Assembly (NCBI RefSeq): GCF_035943815.1 | Contig: NZ_DASZBU010000018.1 | Span: 23,353-87,352, forward strand | Direction of reading: 5' to 3' | DNA from: Frateuria sp. | GTDB taxonomy: Bacteria > Pseudomonadota > Gammaproteobacteria > Xanthomonadales > Rhodanobacteraceae | DNA length: 64,000 nucleotides | In this document: positions 9,219 through 18,809 of the stretch, piece after piece | Position numbering within the stretch: the first letter of the stretch is position 1 | How the letters are laid out: the number at the start of each line of letters is the position of its first letter | Program-made: the position numbers and the translations under genes | The notes under the pieces: model-generated | The model's database searches: none | What the model was told of the DNA's origin: nothing | What the model saw: only the letters and a program-made list of their open reading frames with translations

Positions 9219-9674
9219 ATGCTCGTACGTAACGCGCCCCGTGGGCTGGCGCTCCTGCTGCTCGCACTCGCCGGTTGCGGGATCGCCAGGCCGCCGCCGA
9301 CGAGTGTGCTGGGCCAGCTTGGGGTGGTGGCCGAGCCAGGCGCGAACGATGATGCGGCGACCGCGCTCGACGTCGTGTTCGTCTATGACCCGCAGGCCGG
9401 CTCCTTATTGCCACTTACCGGACCGGAATGGTTCGCGCGCAAGGTCGCCTATCGGCAAAACCTCGGATCGGCGATCGATGTGGTATCGCTGGAGCTTGCG
9501 CCTGCGACGACGGTACGGGACGTTGCGTTGCCGCCGCGCTACCGGCGGGCGGTGGCCGTCTACGCCTACGCCAGCTACCTTGCCCCTGCCGGCCAGCCCC
9601 GCCTGAGCTTGGGTGCGTACCCCCGCGCGGTGATCCGGTTGGCTCCAGACCATGTCGTTGTCGAGCAAAGGTAA
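9219..9674 (+). CDS. Lipoprotein of unknown function
   Basis: Signal peptide and lipobox in MLVRNAPRGLALLLLALAGCG. ORF 9078..9674 trimmed to the ATG at 9219; a GTG at 9195 is also possible. Confidence 0.55.
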   Translation: MLVRNAPRGLALLLLALAGCGIARPPPTSVLGQLGVVAEPGANDDAATALDVVFVYDPQAGSLLPLTGPEWFARKVAYRQNLGSAIDVVSLELAPATTVRDVALPPRYRRAVAVYAYASYLAPAGQPRLSLGAYPRAVIRLAPDHVVVEQR

Positions 9675-9854
9675 CGGGGCCTGAGCCCCTTCCTGGCTGG
9701 AGCAAAACACCTCCTTGGCCCGGCCCGGTGATGGCCGGCAAGCGGTTATGCGGCCAGTCGCCGCAATGGCTGCACCGCGATCGCTATCGGCCGGAGGCGT
9801 TCTTTTGTCCGTCGGGTGCTGAACGGGCTCCCGGAAACCTCACTTGCGCCCGCT

Positions 9855-12560
9855 ATGATCGATGCGCCCCGCGTGACCGGTCAGGGCGGGGCCTGCCGAG
9901 GGGGATTCGTGCCACCTAAACCGATCGACGAGCGTCACCGCACACCGCACGCCGCCGCCCCGGAGGCGTTGCCGCTGGCTAGCCGGGTGCCAGGCGTGGC
10001 CTGGGGGCTGCTCGTGGTCGGCTGCGGGATTCTGCTGACGCTCTGGCTTTACCGTGTCCAGGCGCGGCAGTGGCAAGCGGCGCGGCATGATGCCGTGGTG
10101 GCGGAAGCGGAGAAAGGGCTCGTCCAGTTGAGGGCGAAGCTGCGCTCGGCCGAACTGCTGGTGCGGTCTTTGCAGACGATGTTTCTGGTCGCCGGTGATA
10201 TGGATGAGCACCAGTTCGCACGCGCGTACGCCAACCTGGACCCGCGCCGGGAGTTCCCCAGCCTGCTGGCCGTGGCGTATTCGGTTCGCGTGCATGGGCA
10301 CGACGGCGATCATTTCCCGACCACGCTGGTCGCGCCCTTGGATGGCAACCGCAAGCTGCTGGGGTTGGACGTGGTCGACCAGCCGGCCAACATGAAGGCG
10401 CTGGCCGAGTCGCGAGATACCGACCATCTGGCCGTGTCGGAACCGTTTCCGCTCGTGCAGGACACGGGTTCCCACGGACGCGGGCAGGGCATCACGTTGC
10501 GGTTGCCCGACTACGGGCCTGGCGCTTCGCTCGACTCGCTGGCTGTGCGCCGGCAACGGTTGCGTGGATCGGTCGCGGTTTCGTTCCGGGTTGCCGACCT
10601 GATCCGGACCGGCTTGCCGGCGCAGCTATTGCAGGTGGCGGGCATCTCAGTCACGGACGTCGCCCGGGCATCGCGCGTTCCCCTGTTCGATTCGGGCACC
10701 GGCGTGCCCTGGACGAAACCCTCGATCGTTTATCGCATAGCGTTCGGGGGGCGCCTGTGGGAGATGGCCGTCTTTCCGGGATCGACCAGCGACCCCTCCT
10801 GGTCGCAGTCGGTGGTGCCCCCTGGGCTGCTGGTCAGCGTATTGCTTGGCCTGCTGGTATGGTCGCTGACCGACACGCGGCGCCGTGCCGTGCAACTGGG
10901 GTGGCGCCTGGGTGAGCGCTACCGCGAAAGCGAGGAGCGCTTTCGCACGCTCAACGAACTGCTGCCCGCGCTCGTGGTGCTTGCCGACGCCGCCGACGGG
11001 CGCATCGTCTACGCCAACCAGGCCGCGCGCGGACGATTGGGAGAGGGCATCCAGGGAACGCGGTTGGGTTCGCTGTTGGGGATGGACGAGAGCGAGGTGG
11101 AGCGGCGCCTGGCCAATCCGCAGGCCGGTGCGACCGAGGTGGGCCTGCGCGACACGGCCGGCGGACGTTTCTGGGCCAGCGTGGCGATCTCCTGGCTGAT
11201 GCTCGAGGGTCGCCCCCAGTGGGTGATGGTCGCCAGTGACGTGACCGAGCAACGCGCGCTGACCGAATTGCTCGGTTACCAGGCGACGCACGACGAGCTC
11301 ACGGGCCTGATCAACCGGCGTGAGTTCGAGCGTCGCCTGCAGCGGATGACCCAGGACATGGGCGAGTCACCGCCTTATGCCGCGGTGCTCTTCATCGACC
11401 TGGACCAGTTCAAGCTCGTCAATGACACATCCGGGCATGTGGCAGGTGATCAGCTTTTGCTGCAGTTGGCGACAGTGATGCGTGCGAGGCTGGGCGAAGA
11501 GCATGTACTGGCGCGGCTGGGCGGTGACGAGTTCGGCGTGATCCTGGCGGGGCTGGACACGCCCGGGCGCGCGGTGGAGCTGGCCGAGCATCTGCGTCTG
11601 GGGCTGGACGGTTTCGTCTTCGTCTGGGAAGCCAAGAGCTACATGGCGAGCATCAGTGTGGGCGGCGTACTGGTCGATCGCCCGGGGATGCCACTGGCCG
11701 AGTTGCTCGCCGCCGCCGATACCGCCTGCTACATGGCCAAGGAGCAGGGGCGCAACCGCGTGCACTTCTACTCCGAACGGGATGAGCAGAGCGCGCTGCG
11801 GCGCGGCGAGATGGAGTGGGCCAATCGGTTGCGCTGGGCGGTACAGGAACAGCGCTTCGTGCTGACCTACCAGGAGCTGCGTGCGCTCGGCGCGGAGCCG
11901 TCGGCGATTCATGTGGAGCTGTTGCTGCGCTTTCGCAATGAACTGGGCGAGCTGGTGTCGCCCGGCGCGTTCATTCCCGCGGCGGAACGCTATGGCCTGA
12001 TGCCGCTGATCGATCGCTGGGTGATCGAGACCGCGCTGGCCAACGTCGATCGGCTGCATCCGGCGGGGGCGGCGCTGCGCATGGTGGCGGTCAACCTGTC
12101 CGGTGCCAGCATCGACGATGACACGCTGGCCGAGCGGATCGTCGAACTGCTGCGCCTGCACCAGGTGGCGCCCGAGCGCGTCTGCTTCGAGATCACCGAG
12201 ACGGTGGCAGTACGCCAACTGACCGACGTGATCCGTTTCGTGACCCGGCTGAGGGAGGCTGGCTGCCATGTCGCGCTGGACGATTTCGGCGTGGGCATGT
12301 CGTCGTTCTCCTACCTCAAGCATCTGCCGGTGGACATCGTCAAGATCGATGGCAGCTTCATCCGCGACATGCTGAGCGACCCGATCAGCCACGCGATGGT
12401 GCGCGCGGTGACCGACATCGCGCACCGGCTGGGCCTGGTGGTGATTGCCGAATGGGTGATGGACGAGGCGATCATGGGGTCGCTGCGGGAGCTGGGGGTA
12501 GACATGGCCCAGGGCTATGCACTGCACCAGCCCGAGCGCGTCATGTGGCAGCGCGACTGA
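9855..12560 (+). CDS. CHASE-TM-PAS-GGDEF-EAL c-di-GMP signalling protein
   Basis: Periplasmic CHASE-like segment between two TMs. GGDEF motif in RLGGDEFGVIL. EAL-domain motifs are FEITE, DDFGVGMSSFSYLKHLPVDIVKIDGSF, EWV and QGY. The start is uncertain (ATG at 9855 versus GTG at 9816). Confidence 0.9.
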   Translation: MIDAPRVTGQGGACRGGFVPPKPIDERHRTPHAAAPEALPLASRVPGVAWGLLVVGCGILLTLWLYRVQARQWQAARHDAVVAEAEKGLVQLRAKLRSAELLVRSLQTMFLVAGDMDEHQFARAYANLDPRREFPSLLAVAYSVRVHGHDGDHFPTTLVAPLDGNRKLLGLDVVDQPANMKALAESRDTDHLAVSEPFPLVQDTGSHGRGQGITLRLPDYGPGASLDSLAVRRQRLRGSVAVSFRVADLIRTGLPAQLLQVAGISVTDVARASRVPLFDSGTGVPWTKPSIVYRIAFGGRLWEMAVFPGSTSDPSWSQSVVPPGLLVSVLLGLLVWSLTDTRRRAVQLGWRLGERYRESEERFRTLNELLPALVVLADAADGRIVYANQAARGRLGEGIQGTRLGSLLGMDESEVERRLANPQAGATEVGLRDTAGGRFWASVAISWLMLEGRPQWVMVASDVTEQRALTELLGYQATHDELTGLINRREFERRLQRMTQDMGESPPYAAVLFIDLDQFKLVNDTSGHVAGDQLLLQLATVMRARLGEEHVLARLGGDEFGVILAGLDTPGRAVELAEHLRLGLDGFVFVWEAKSYMASISVGGVLVDRPGMPLAELLAAADTACYMAKEQGRNRVHFYSERDEQSALRRGEMEWANRLRWAVQEQRFVLTYQELRALGAEPSAIHVELLLRFRNELGELVSPGAFIPAAERYGLMPLIDRWVIETALANVDRLHPAGAALRMVAVNLSGASIDDDTLAERIVELLRLHQVAPERVCFEITETVAVRQLTDVIRFVTRLREAGCHVALDDFGVGMSSFSYLKHLPVDIVKIDGSFIRDMLSDPISHAMVRAVTDIAHRLGLVVIAEWVMDEAIMGSLRELGVDMAQGYALHQPERVMWQRD

Positions 12561-12745
12561 CTGCCGACACAGGTGCCAGCAACCAAGGAGCGGCGAGCGT
12601 CCCTTCCGCGGGCCGCCTGATCGCGGATTCCCAACGAGTTCTGCGGGGCGTCGGTGCGCGCTGCGGTCGCCATGGCGGCCGCGGACTTTGCCCACCCCTT
12701 CATGCGGGTGCGCCTAGGTTGGCGTCATCCCCAAAGGACGACCCC

Positions 12746-13243
12746 ATGGATCGCCAACCGCCGCCCACCGTGTCTTCGCTGGACCTCGCCCGCTATCTCG
12801 GTACCTGGTACGAGATTGCGCGCCTGCCGATGCGCCACGAACCGGCCGACTACACCGACATCACCGCCAGCTACACCCGCGAGCCCGATGGCGCCATCCG
12901 GGTGGACAACCGCGCCCGCAACGGCAAGGGCGAGCTGAAGGAATCGGTCGGGGAGGCGAGGGTGGTCGACCCGGCCGAGCCGGGTCGGCTGGAGGTGACC
13001 TTTCTGCCCGAGGGCTTGCGGTGGATTCCCTTCACCAAGGGTGACTACTGGATCCTGCGCGTGGACGATGACTACCGCACCGCGCTGGTGGGCAGTCCCG
13101 ACTTCGAATACCTGTGGCTGCTCCATCGCGAGCCCGAGCTGGATGCCGGCACGCAGGAGATCTTTCTGAAGTACGCGCAGTCACTCGGGTACCGGCTGGA
13201 CCAGCTCATCCGTACGCCGCACACGGGGCGCCGCACGGCCTGA
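12746..13243 (+). CDS. blc: Bacterial lipocalin (Blc-like), apparently without signal peptide
   Basis: Motifs LARYLGTWYEIARLP, GDYWILRVDDDYRTALVGSP and YLWLLHREP. The ATG at 12746 has AAGGA 7 nt upstream. Confidence 0.85.
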   Translation: MDRQPPPTVSSLDLARYLGTWYEIARLPMRHEPADYTDITASYTREPDGAIRVDNRARNGKGELKESVGEARVVDPAEPGRLEVTFLPEGLRWIPFTKGDYWILRVDDDYRTALVGSPDFEYLWLLHREPELDAGTQEIFLKYAQSLGYRLDQLIRTPHTGRRTA

Positions 13244-13248
13244 GCAGT

Positions 13249-13262
13249 GGTGTCAGGGACAA
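13249..13262 (+). repeat. Copy 4 of GGTGTCAGGGACAA
   Basis: Exact 14-mer starting 5 nt after the blc TGA. It is followed by TGTCTGAAGAATCGAAC, which resembles the flank of copy 3 (TTCTCGAAAGAAC). Confidence 0.8.
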
Positions 13263-13589
13263 TGTCTGAAGAATCGAACGATCTGGCTCAAGCGCGCGCG
13301 TCGCCCGCACCTGCGTCGCACGACGCCACCGTGAAGTGAAGGTTGCCCACGCCGAAGCGATCGCGGCAGGTGACGAAGCATCCAGGTGCTGAATGCAACG
13401 TCGAAGCTGCGTTCTGGAAACGGCAACGCCTCCGGCCGCGAGCCTGAAATTCGACGGCGCTCCGCGTCGTTGCACCTTGCGCGTGGGGCGCTGCCGCTAA
13501 AAAAAGAAAGTGGCGCAGGTTCCTTGACCTGGCGCTTGAGCCGGTTCCAGGGGCAAGGGGACAGGCCGCGCACAGGAAGGCCCGGCGCC

Positions 13590-14624
13590 TCAATGGAGCT
13601 GGGCGGCGGGCCGGGGTGCCGTGATGCGCAACACGGGGTGGCCCTTCCAGTCCTTCAGCGGAAAGTATGCACGGTGCGTAGCGGCATCCACCGCCACCAC
13701 GTGGGCATCGGGAGCCAGCATGGCAAGGCCGAGGGGGTGTAGGGCGCGGCCCTTCAGCTCGAACAGCGCGACCTTGCCCGATTCGCTGGCGACATAGAGC
13801 CAGCCCAGCGCGGGGTCGAAGGCCAGCACGTCGGGATCTTCGCCGACCTCGTAGGACGCGATGACCCGGCGCGTGCCCAGATCTAGCACCAGCAACTTTG
13901 CGTTGTCCTCGCAGGCGATGAAGGCCAACCGCGCGGGCGCGTCGATGTAGAGCCCGTGGTTGCCCTTGGCGCCGGGCAGGTCGATGCGCGCGATCACTTT
14001 GTCGGTGCTCGGGTCGATTTCCACCAACTGCCGGCGGGTCTGCACGTTGGCAAAGATATGCTTGCTCGCCGGGTCGTATTGCGTGTTGCCTACCTCGCCG
14101 CCGAGCGGGATGGTGGCGACCCGCTGATGGGTGCGCACGTCGATCACCGTATCGCTGCCCCCGTGCTCGTCGGAGACGTACAGCTTGTGTGCGTCCGGTG
14201 CGTAGGCCATGCCGTCCGGATAGTCACCGGCGGGCGTGCGAGCCAAAATCTTGAAGGTCTTGGCATCGATCGCCACCACCTCGTCGGTGCCGGTGGCCGA
14301 GGCGTAGATGCGACCGAGTGCGGGAACCGCCAGCACGCCATGAACGTGGCTGACGTCTGGAATATCAGCGACCACCCGTCGGCCCTCGGTATCGAACACG
14401 GTGACCACGCTATCGCCCAGGTGGGCGAGGAACAGGTGGTGCTGGCCCGGGTCGAAGCTGGCGTAGTCCCACCGCGTGGTGCCGCCGGTCAATGGGACGT
14501 CGGCCACCGTGGTTAGCGGCAGCGGTGTGTCGTTCGTGCGGCCGCAGGCAGCGGAGGATGCGACCAAGAGGATGGCGACCATGCTGGCGAGCGCGGGCAT
14601 GCTTCGATAGCCGGAAAACGACAT
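13590..14624 (-). CDS. YncE/YVTN-type beta-propeller lipoprotein
   Basis: ORF trimmed to the ATG at 14624 (GGAGA upstream). Signal and lipobox in LLVASSAACG. Repeated blades of the type HGVLAVPALGRIYAS, PDGMAYAPDAHKLYVS and PDVLAFDPALGWLYVAS. Confidence 0.75.
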   Translation of the reverse strand: MSFSGYRSMPALASMVAILLVASSAACGRTNDTPLPLTTVADVPLTGGTTRWDYASFDPGQHHLFLAHLGDSVVTVFDTEGRRVVADIPDVSHVHGVLAVPALGRIYASATGTDEVVAIDAKTFKILARTPAGDYPDGMAYAPDAHKLYVSDEHGGSDTVIDVRTHQRVATIPLGGEVGNTQYDPASKHIFANVQTRRQLVEIDPSTDKVIARIDLPGAKGNHGLYIDAPARLAFIACEDNAKLLVLDLGTRRVIASYEVGEDPDVLAFDPALGWLYVASESGKVALFELKGRALHPLGLAMLAPDAHVVAVDAATHRAYFPLKDWKGHPVLRITAPRPAAQLH

Positions 14625-14791
14625 AGTGGTCTCCTTCACCAGGTTGCATATAGAGCCGTGCGCGTTGTCGCGCGGTCTTCGTGTGAACCTATAGGGGCCA
14701 GAGCGCACTTGCTCCGAACTGATTGCTTCCGGCCCCTTGTTCCCGAGGTGGCGACACCGATCTTTCCTGGTGGCGGTCGAAGCGTACTTTC

Positions 14792-16798
14792 TTAGTGCTC
14801 GAGCACGTGCATGTCACGCGTCAGCAGGCCAAGCCTTTTCTTCATGAATGCCTGGGTCTGGTTCGAATCGACGCTGTAGTAGGCGGTGTACAACACATCG
14901 CCGGCGGCCTTGGGCGAAGCGACCGCACCGATGTTCATGGTGCCGTTTTCATAGCGCGCCTCGCCGCTGTAGGGGTACTGCCGACCGGACACGGTCTGCC
15001 AGTGGCTGGTCATGTCCGCGTCGAGGCCCGTGGGGGGCATGGCCTGACGTTGGACGGTCAGTTCGTCCTGGTTGTCGTTGGTCGATGTTTTCCAGACACC
15101 GATGTAGCCCACGTCCCAAGCGGGCCGTCCGTGGTCCAGCAGGAAACGAAAGCCGAGGTTGAGCACGCTGTCGGGCAGGATCGCCTGGACGGCAGGGGTG
15201 TAGGAGAACGTCACCCGTTGCGACTGGTAGGCGAAGCGGCGTCCGTAATCGATTTGCAGGTGGATTTGCTTGAACGCCGCCGGCAGGGCCGCTTCCTGCA
15301 GATACTGCGTCCATTGCGCCAGCGTGCCGCCGTAGGTGGCGTAGACGAAATTGGCAAGCTCGTCCAGGTCCAGCCGATGTCCGCTGACCTGCGCGGCAGG
15401 GGCCATGCGCAACATCATCACGCAGCCATCGGGTACCGGCAGGGTGTAGGTGACGACCTGATGATTGAGGTGAGGAAAGGGCCAGGTGGATACCTGCCAC
15501 GGACGCTGCCAACGGTCAGTGTAGGTCGCTTCGAACGAGGGCTTGCCCAGGGAGGTGATCTTGATCTTCTCTCCGGCGACCACGCGTTGGAACACGCCGA
15601 CACGGGCCAGCAGGTCCATGCGTGCCTTGGCGTCATGATAGAAAAGCGTCGCGTCCGTCTGGTCGGGTCGCCGGATGTGCAGGAGCAGGGTATGACCGGC
15701 CTGGCCGATATCCACGTAGCCGTTCGAATCCAGCGCGGCACGACGGCGGACTTCGCCCGTACGTACCCACTGCCCATTGCTGTCGCGCACGATCAGCGTG
15801 GGGAAGGCATAGATCTGCGTCTGTTGGACCAGTAGACGCGTGGATCCGTCGCCGCGAGGGAAAAGATTCGAGGACTCCTTGGCAAGCAGGGCCTGGAGTT
15901 GTTCACGGCTATTCGCATCCCCGCTGAGCTGCAAGTCGCGGTAGAAATCGGACAAGCTCAAAGGCAGCGCGAAGTCGGCTTTCCAACGGCCATTCTGCAA
16001 AGCCTGGAAGATGTCCAGCTGGTAGACGCTTTTGCTGTCGACCACAGCGTGACCTTCCGGTGCATCGAGCACCTGGGAGATCGGCAGGGCGTAATTGAGG
16101 TTCTCGTTCGGCGACTTCATCAGCACGATGCCGATCACCTTGCCGCGGCTGTCCAGCAAGGGGCCGCCGCTGTTGCCCGGCGAGGCCGGGGCGGAGAAGC
16201 GCATCCACTTCCAGAGGCCGTCCTGTTCTTCTGGCGTGTCGGAGGTGTACAGGCCGTCGCGGATCACCACGCCGGTTCCCAGCGCGTTGCCCACCGCATA
16301 CACCACGCTGTTCAACGGCGGGGCGGGATTGGTTTCCAGCGCGGCTTTCCCGGAGTCGCCCGCCAGCGTGAAAACCACGAAATCCCTGCCCATCGAGAAC
16401 TTTTCGATCTTGTCTATGGGGTACACGTGGCCGGTCGCATCCCGCAGCTGCGGCGGACCCCACAAGCTGTTCATGCCCGCCAGCAACACGTGCCCGGCGG
16501 TCACGTAGCGATGGTTGCCGATAGCGAAGGCCGTCCCTATCGAGTAGTACTTGTCGTTGCGTTCCTGATAGGGCAGCAGATCGAGCGGCAGCGGCTTTTC
16601 GTAACTCAACGGATCGACCGTAGGCTTGGCCTGCACCACCTCGAACGTGGCGGCCTGGATCTTGGGAAGCATGGATGGGTCGAGCGTGGCAGCGTGTCCT
16701 GCTGCCGAATGTCCCAGGCCTGCTGCGAACAGGATGGCCAATCCCAGTCGCGCCGCAACGATGCCGATGCGGCGCGTGGCCAAACGCACGATGTACAT
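14792..16798 (-). CDS. Secreted trypsin-like (S1) serine peptidase with ~450-aa uncharacterised C-terminal region
   Basis: ORF trimmed to the ATG at 16798 and has a signal peptide. Catalytic motifs are TAGHVLL (His) and SPGNSGGPLLD (Ser). I recognise nothing in the remainder. Confidence 0.8.
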   Translation of the reverse strand: MYIVRLATRRIGIVAARLGLAILFAAGLGHSAAGHAATLDPSMLPKIQAATFEVVQAKPTVDPLSYEKPLPLDLLPYQERNDKYYSIGTAFAIGNHRYVTAGHVLLAGMNSLWGPPQLRDATGHVYPIDKIEKFSMGRDFVVFTLAGDSGKAALETNPAPPLNSVVYAVGNALGTGVVIRDGLYTSDTPEEQDGLWKWMRFSAPASPGNSGGPLLDSRGKVIGIVLMKSPNENLNYALPISQVLDAPEGHAVVDSKSVYQLDIFQALQNGRWKADFALPLSLSDFYRDLQLSGDANSREQLQALLAKESSNLFPRGDGSTRLLVQQTQIYAFPTLIVRDSNGQWVRTGEVRRRAALDSNGYVDIGQAGHTLLLHIRRPDQTDATLFYHDAKARMDLLARVGVFQRVVAGEKIKITSLGKPSFEATYTDRWQRPWQVSTWPFPHLNHQVVTYTLPVPDGCVMMLRMAPAAQVSGHRLDLDELANFVYATYGGTLAQWTQYLQEAALPAAFKQIHLQIDYGRRFAYQSQRVTFSYTPAVQAILPDSVLNLGFRFLLDHGRPAWDVGYIGVWKTSTNDNQDELTVQRQAMPPTGLDADMTSHWQTVSGRQYPYSGEARYENGTMNIGAVASPKAAGDVLYTAYYSVDSNQTQAFMKKRLGLLTRDMHVLEH

Positions 16799-17197
16799 TC
16801 GTTTCCCCCCAAGGTGACGCCTCGGCATGGAGCCCCCCGGCCCCTCGCTGGCGACATCATCTTGACATGCTCTCCGGAGACATGGGGAAACGCCGCGAAC
16901 CCGCCGAAGGCCCGTTTCATGCGCACGTTTCGGCGCCGATGGGGCGGCTTGCGGGCAACCTGCGGGCCTGCGCTCCACGGTTGTCGGTCACGACGCGGCC
17001 CGTCTTACCGCCACCAAATGCGACCGGTGAGCCATGACCTTCTTTGGCGACCAGGCCTCGCCCGGGCAAGGGTAGGGAGCAGAGTGCTTTTCCTCGAGCT
17101 GGCTGCCCGAACTCGCCACCTGTTCATCGCCGCCTGTCTACCGGGGTGGCGACTGGGCGACGGCGCTGCTCAAGGGTCGGAAGAGGGACGCGGCCAT

Positions 17198-17692
17198 TCA
17201 GCGATGTGCCAGGGCCTGCGCAAGCTTCGCACCGGCGGCCAGGCCAAGCGCCAATACGCCATAGGTCACCGCCAGGCAGCGCCTGCCGAGCACGAGTTCC
17301 CAGCCCGGCGTGAGTCGTTTCGGAGTCACACCGTAGTCAACGGCCGCCGCGACGGCGGACGTTACGCAGGCGCCCCGCAGAAGTGCGCCGCCGGAAAGCG
17401 CGCGGCGCCTGACGCGCCAGTACTCGAAGGGCAGCGCCCAGAACACGGCCGATGCGTAATGGGTGACGAAGCCGACCCATGTATGCGCGGTATCGAGCTC
17501 GTCGCATGCGGCGGCTTTCTCGCCGTGCAGCCAGTGACTGGTCGCATTGATGGGTTGCAGGGCGCCCTTGCCTTCGGCTCTGGCCAGCAGCGCCAGGGTG
17601 GCCGCCGAGGCGAGGCTCGCCACGGTGCCGGTAAGCAGAGCGCTGGCAAGGAGTGGCGTGCGATCGCCGTGGCCGTTCGTTCGCGTGTGCAT
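17198..17692 (-). CDS. Hypothetical membrane protein
   Basis: Hydrophobic segments LLASALLTGTVASLASAATLALL, WVGFVTHYASAVFWAL and LAVTYGVLALGLAAG. Start chosen at the ATG at 17692; earlier starts are possible. Confidence 0.45.
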   Translation of the reverse strand: MHTRTNGHGDRTPLLASALLTGTVASLASAATLALLARAEGKGALQPINATSHWLHGEKAAACDELDTAHTWVGFVTHYASAVFWALPFEYWRVRRRALSGGALLRGACVTSAVAAAVDYGVTPKRLTPGWELVLGRRCLAVTYGVLALGLAAGAKLAQALAHR

Positions 17693-18027
17693 CCAGTCGC
17701 CTCGCTCGTTGCGTATTTCCAAGACTGCGGCGTCTCGGGTCGGGGCCATGTGACCCGCGCGCCGAACTTCCATGAAGGCAACCTCGGCCTTGTCGCACGG
17801 GGCGGCCGGAGGCATTCCAGGTCGATGTCGATTTCGGACGGCCCGCCTCGTCGTTCCCATGAGCGGTCGACTGCCCGCTCGAGTCTCGAACAGAGCCGGG
17901 CAGCCGGCGCCACACAGAGGACCACGCAATGCTTACGACGACGACCGCAGGGATGTCTGGCGGCAATGAACACGGCACTCGCCGGACCGTTCGCAGCCCG
18001 GCGAGTCCGCGCGTCACGGGCAGGCGT

Positions 18028-18750
18028 GTGGCCAGGCGGATGGCTTGCCTCGCCCTGGTCTCGCTCGCCTCGGTCGGCGCTGCGGCGAGGGTGGCCGAGC
18101 CCTACCCCCGCATGGCTCCCGTCAAGGCCTACCTGATGGAGCGTGCCCAGGAAATCGCCCTGGCCCGCAGTGCCGCACCCGCTTCCATTTCCAGGGACGC
18201 GACGGTCCTGGTGCTGACCCCGACGGGCTATGAATCCGCTGTCACCGGTACCAACGGGTTTGTCTGCTGGGTGGCCAGGGGCTTCAGCGGCGCGCCGGAC
18301 TGGCCCGAGCGCTGGAACCCGAAGATTCGCGCCGCGGGGTGCGACAACCCGCAGGCCGCACGCAGCGTGACGCCGATCGCCAGGCTGCGCACGGCGATGA
18401 CGCTCGCTGGCCGTTCCGATGCCGACATCGCCGAACGCATCAAGGTCGCCCTTCGCACCAAGGACATCCCACCGCTGGAGCCGGGCGCCATGTGTTACAT
18501 GATGTCGAAGTCGTCCTATCTGTCGGACGACGGCGGCCACGACATGGCGCACGTCATGTTCTACGTCCCGCTCAAGGATGGCACCGACTGGGGCGCCAAC
18601 GCATCCGGATCGCCCGTCTTCGGCGGCAACTACTGGTTCTATACGCCGGAGCACCGGGCCGACGCTGCCAAGCTGCCACCCCTGACGGTTCTACTGGTCG
18701 GGGTAGCCACCTGGTCCGACGGGACGCCGGCCGAGATGCCCTCGATGTGA
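18028..18750 (+). CDS. Secreted hypothetical protein (paralogue of 41933..42487)
   Basis: The GTG at 18028 gives a signal peptide, MARRMACLALVSLASVGAAA; an ATG at 18040 is also possible. Shares ...AAPA...ATV...GTNGF.C... with the protein at 41933..42487. Confidence 0.55.
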   Translation: MARRMACLALVSLASVGAAARVAEPYPRMAPVKAYLMERAQEIALARSAAPASISRDATVLVLTPTGYESAVTGTNGFVCWVARGFSGAPDWPERWNPKIRAAGCDNPQAARSVTPIARLRTAMTLAGRSDADIAERIKVALRTKDIPPLEPGAMCYMMSKSSYLSDDGGHDMAHVMFYVPLKDGTDWGANASGSPVFGGNYWFYTPEHRADAAKLPPLTVLLVGVATWSDGTPAEMPSM

Positions 18751-18809
18751 GAGCCCTTTCGAATCTTGCTATCGAGCCAACTGTGCCGGGCCACGTCCCG
18801 CGATCGAGG

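Noticed and set aside
9219-9674. Considered whether the lipoprotein could be a type VI secretion TssJ-like component.
   Set aside because: There are no other T6SS genes in the window, and I cannot point to any TssJ motif. It is kept as a generic lipoprotein.
47-13262. Interpreting the GGTGYCAGGGACAA copies as integron attC sites that delimit gene cassettes.
   Set aside because: No intI gene is present. The blocks are multi-gene with mixed orientations. The motif lacks the paired inverted core sites (RYYYAAC/GTTRRRY) and the imperfect-palindrome structure of attC.
13264-13589. Possible remnant of a class I SAM-methyltransferase on the minus strand (EALPFPERSFDVAFSTWMLRHL, about 13367..13432) in the otherwise empty 330-bp gap after motif copy 4.
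   Set aside because: Only a ~22-aa motif-like stretch is present. The flanking residues do not continue the methyltransferase pattern in any frame, and there is no start or SD. This is too weak to call even a pseudogene without BLASTX.
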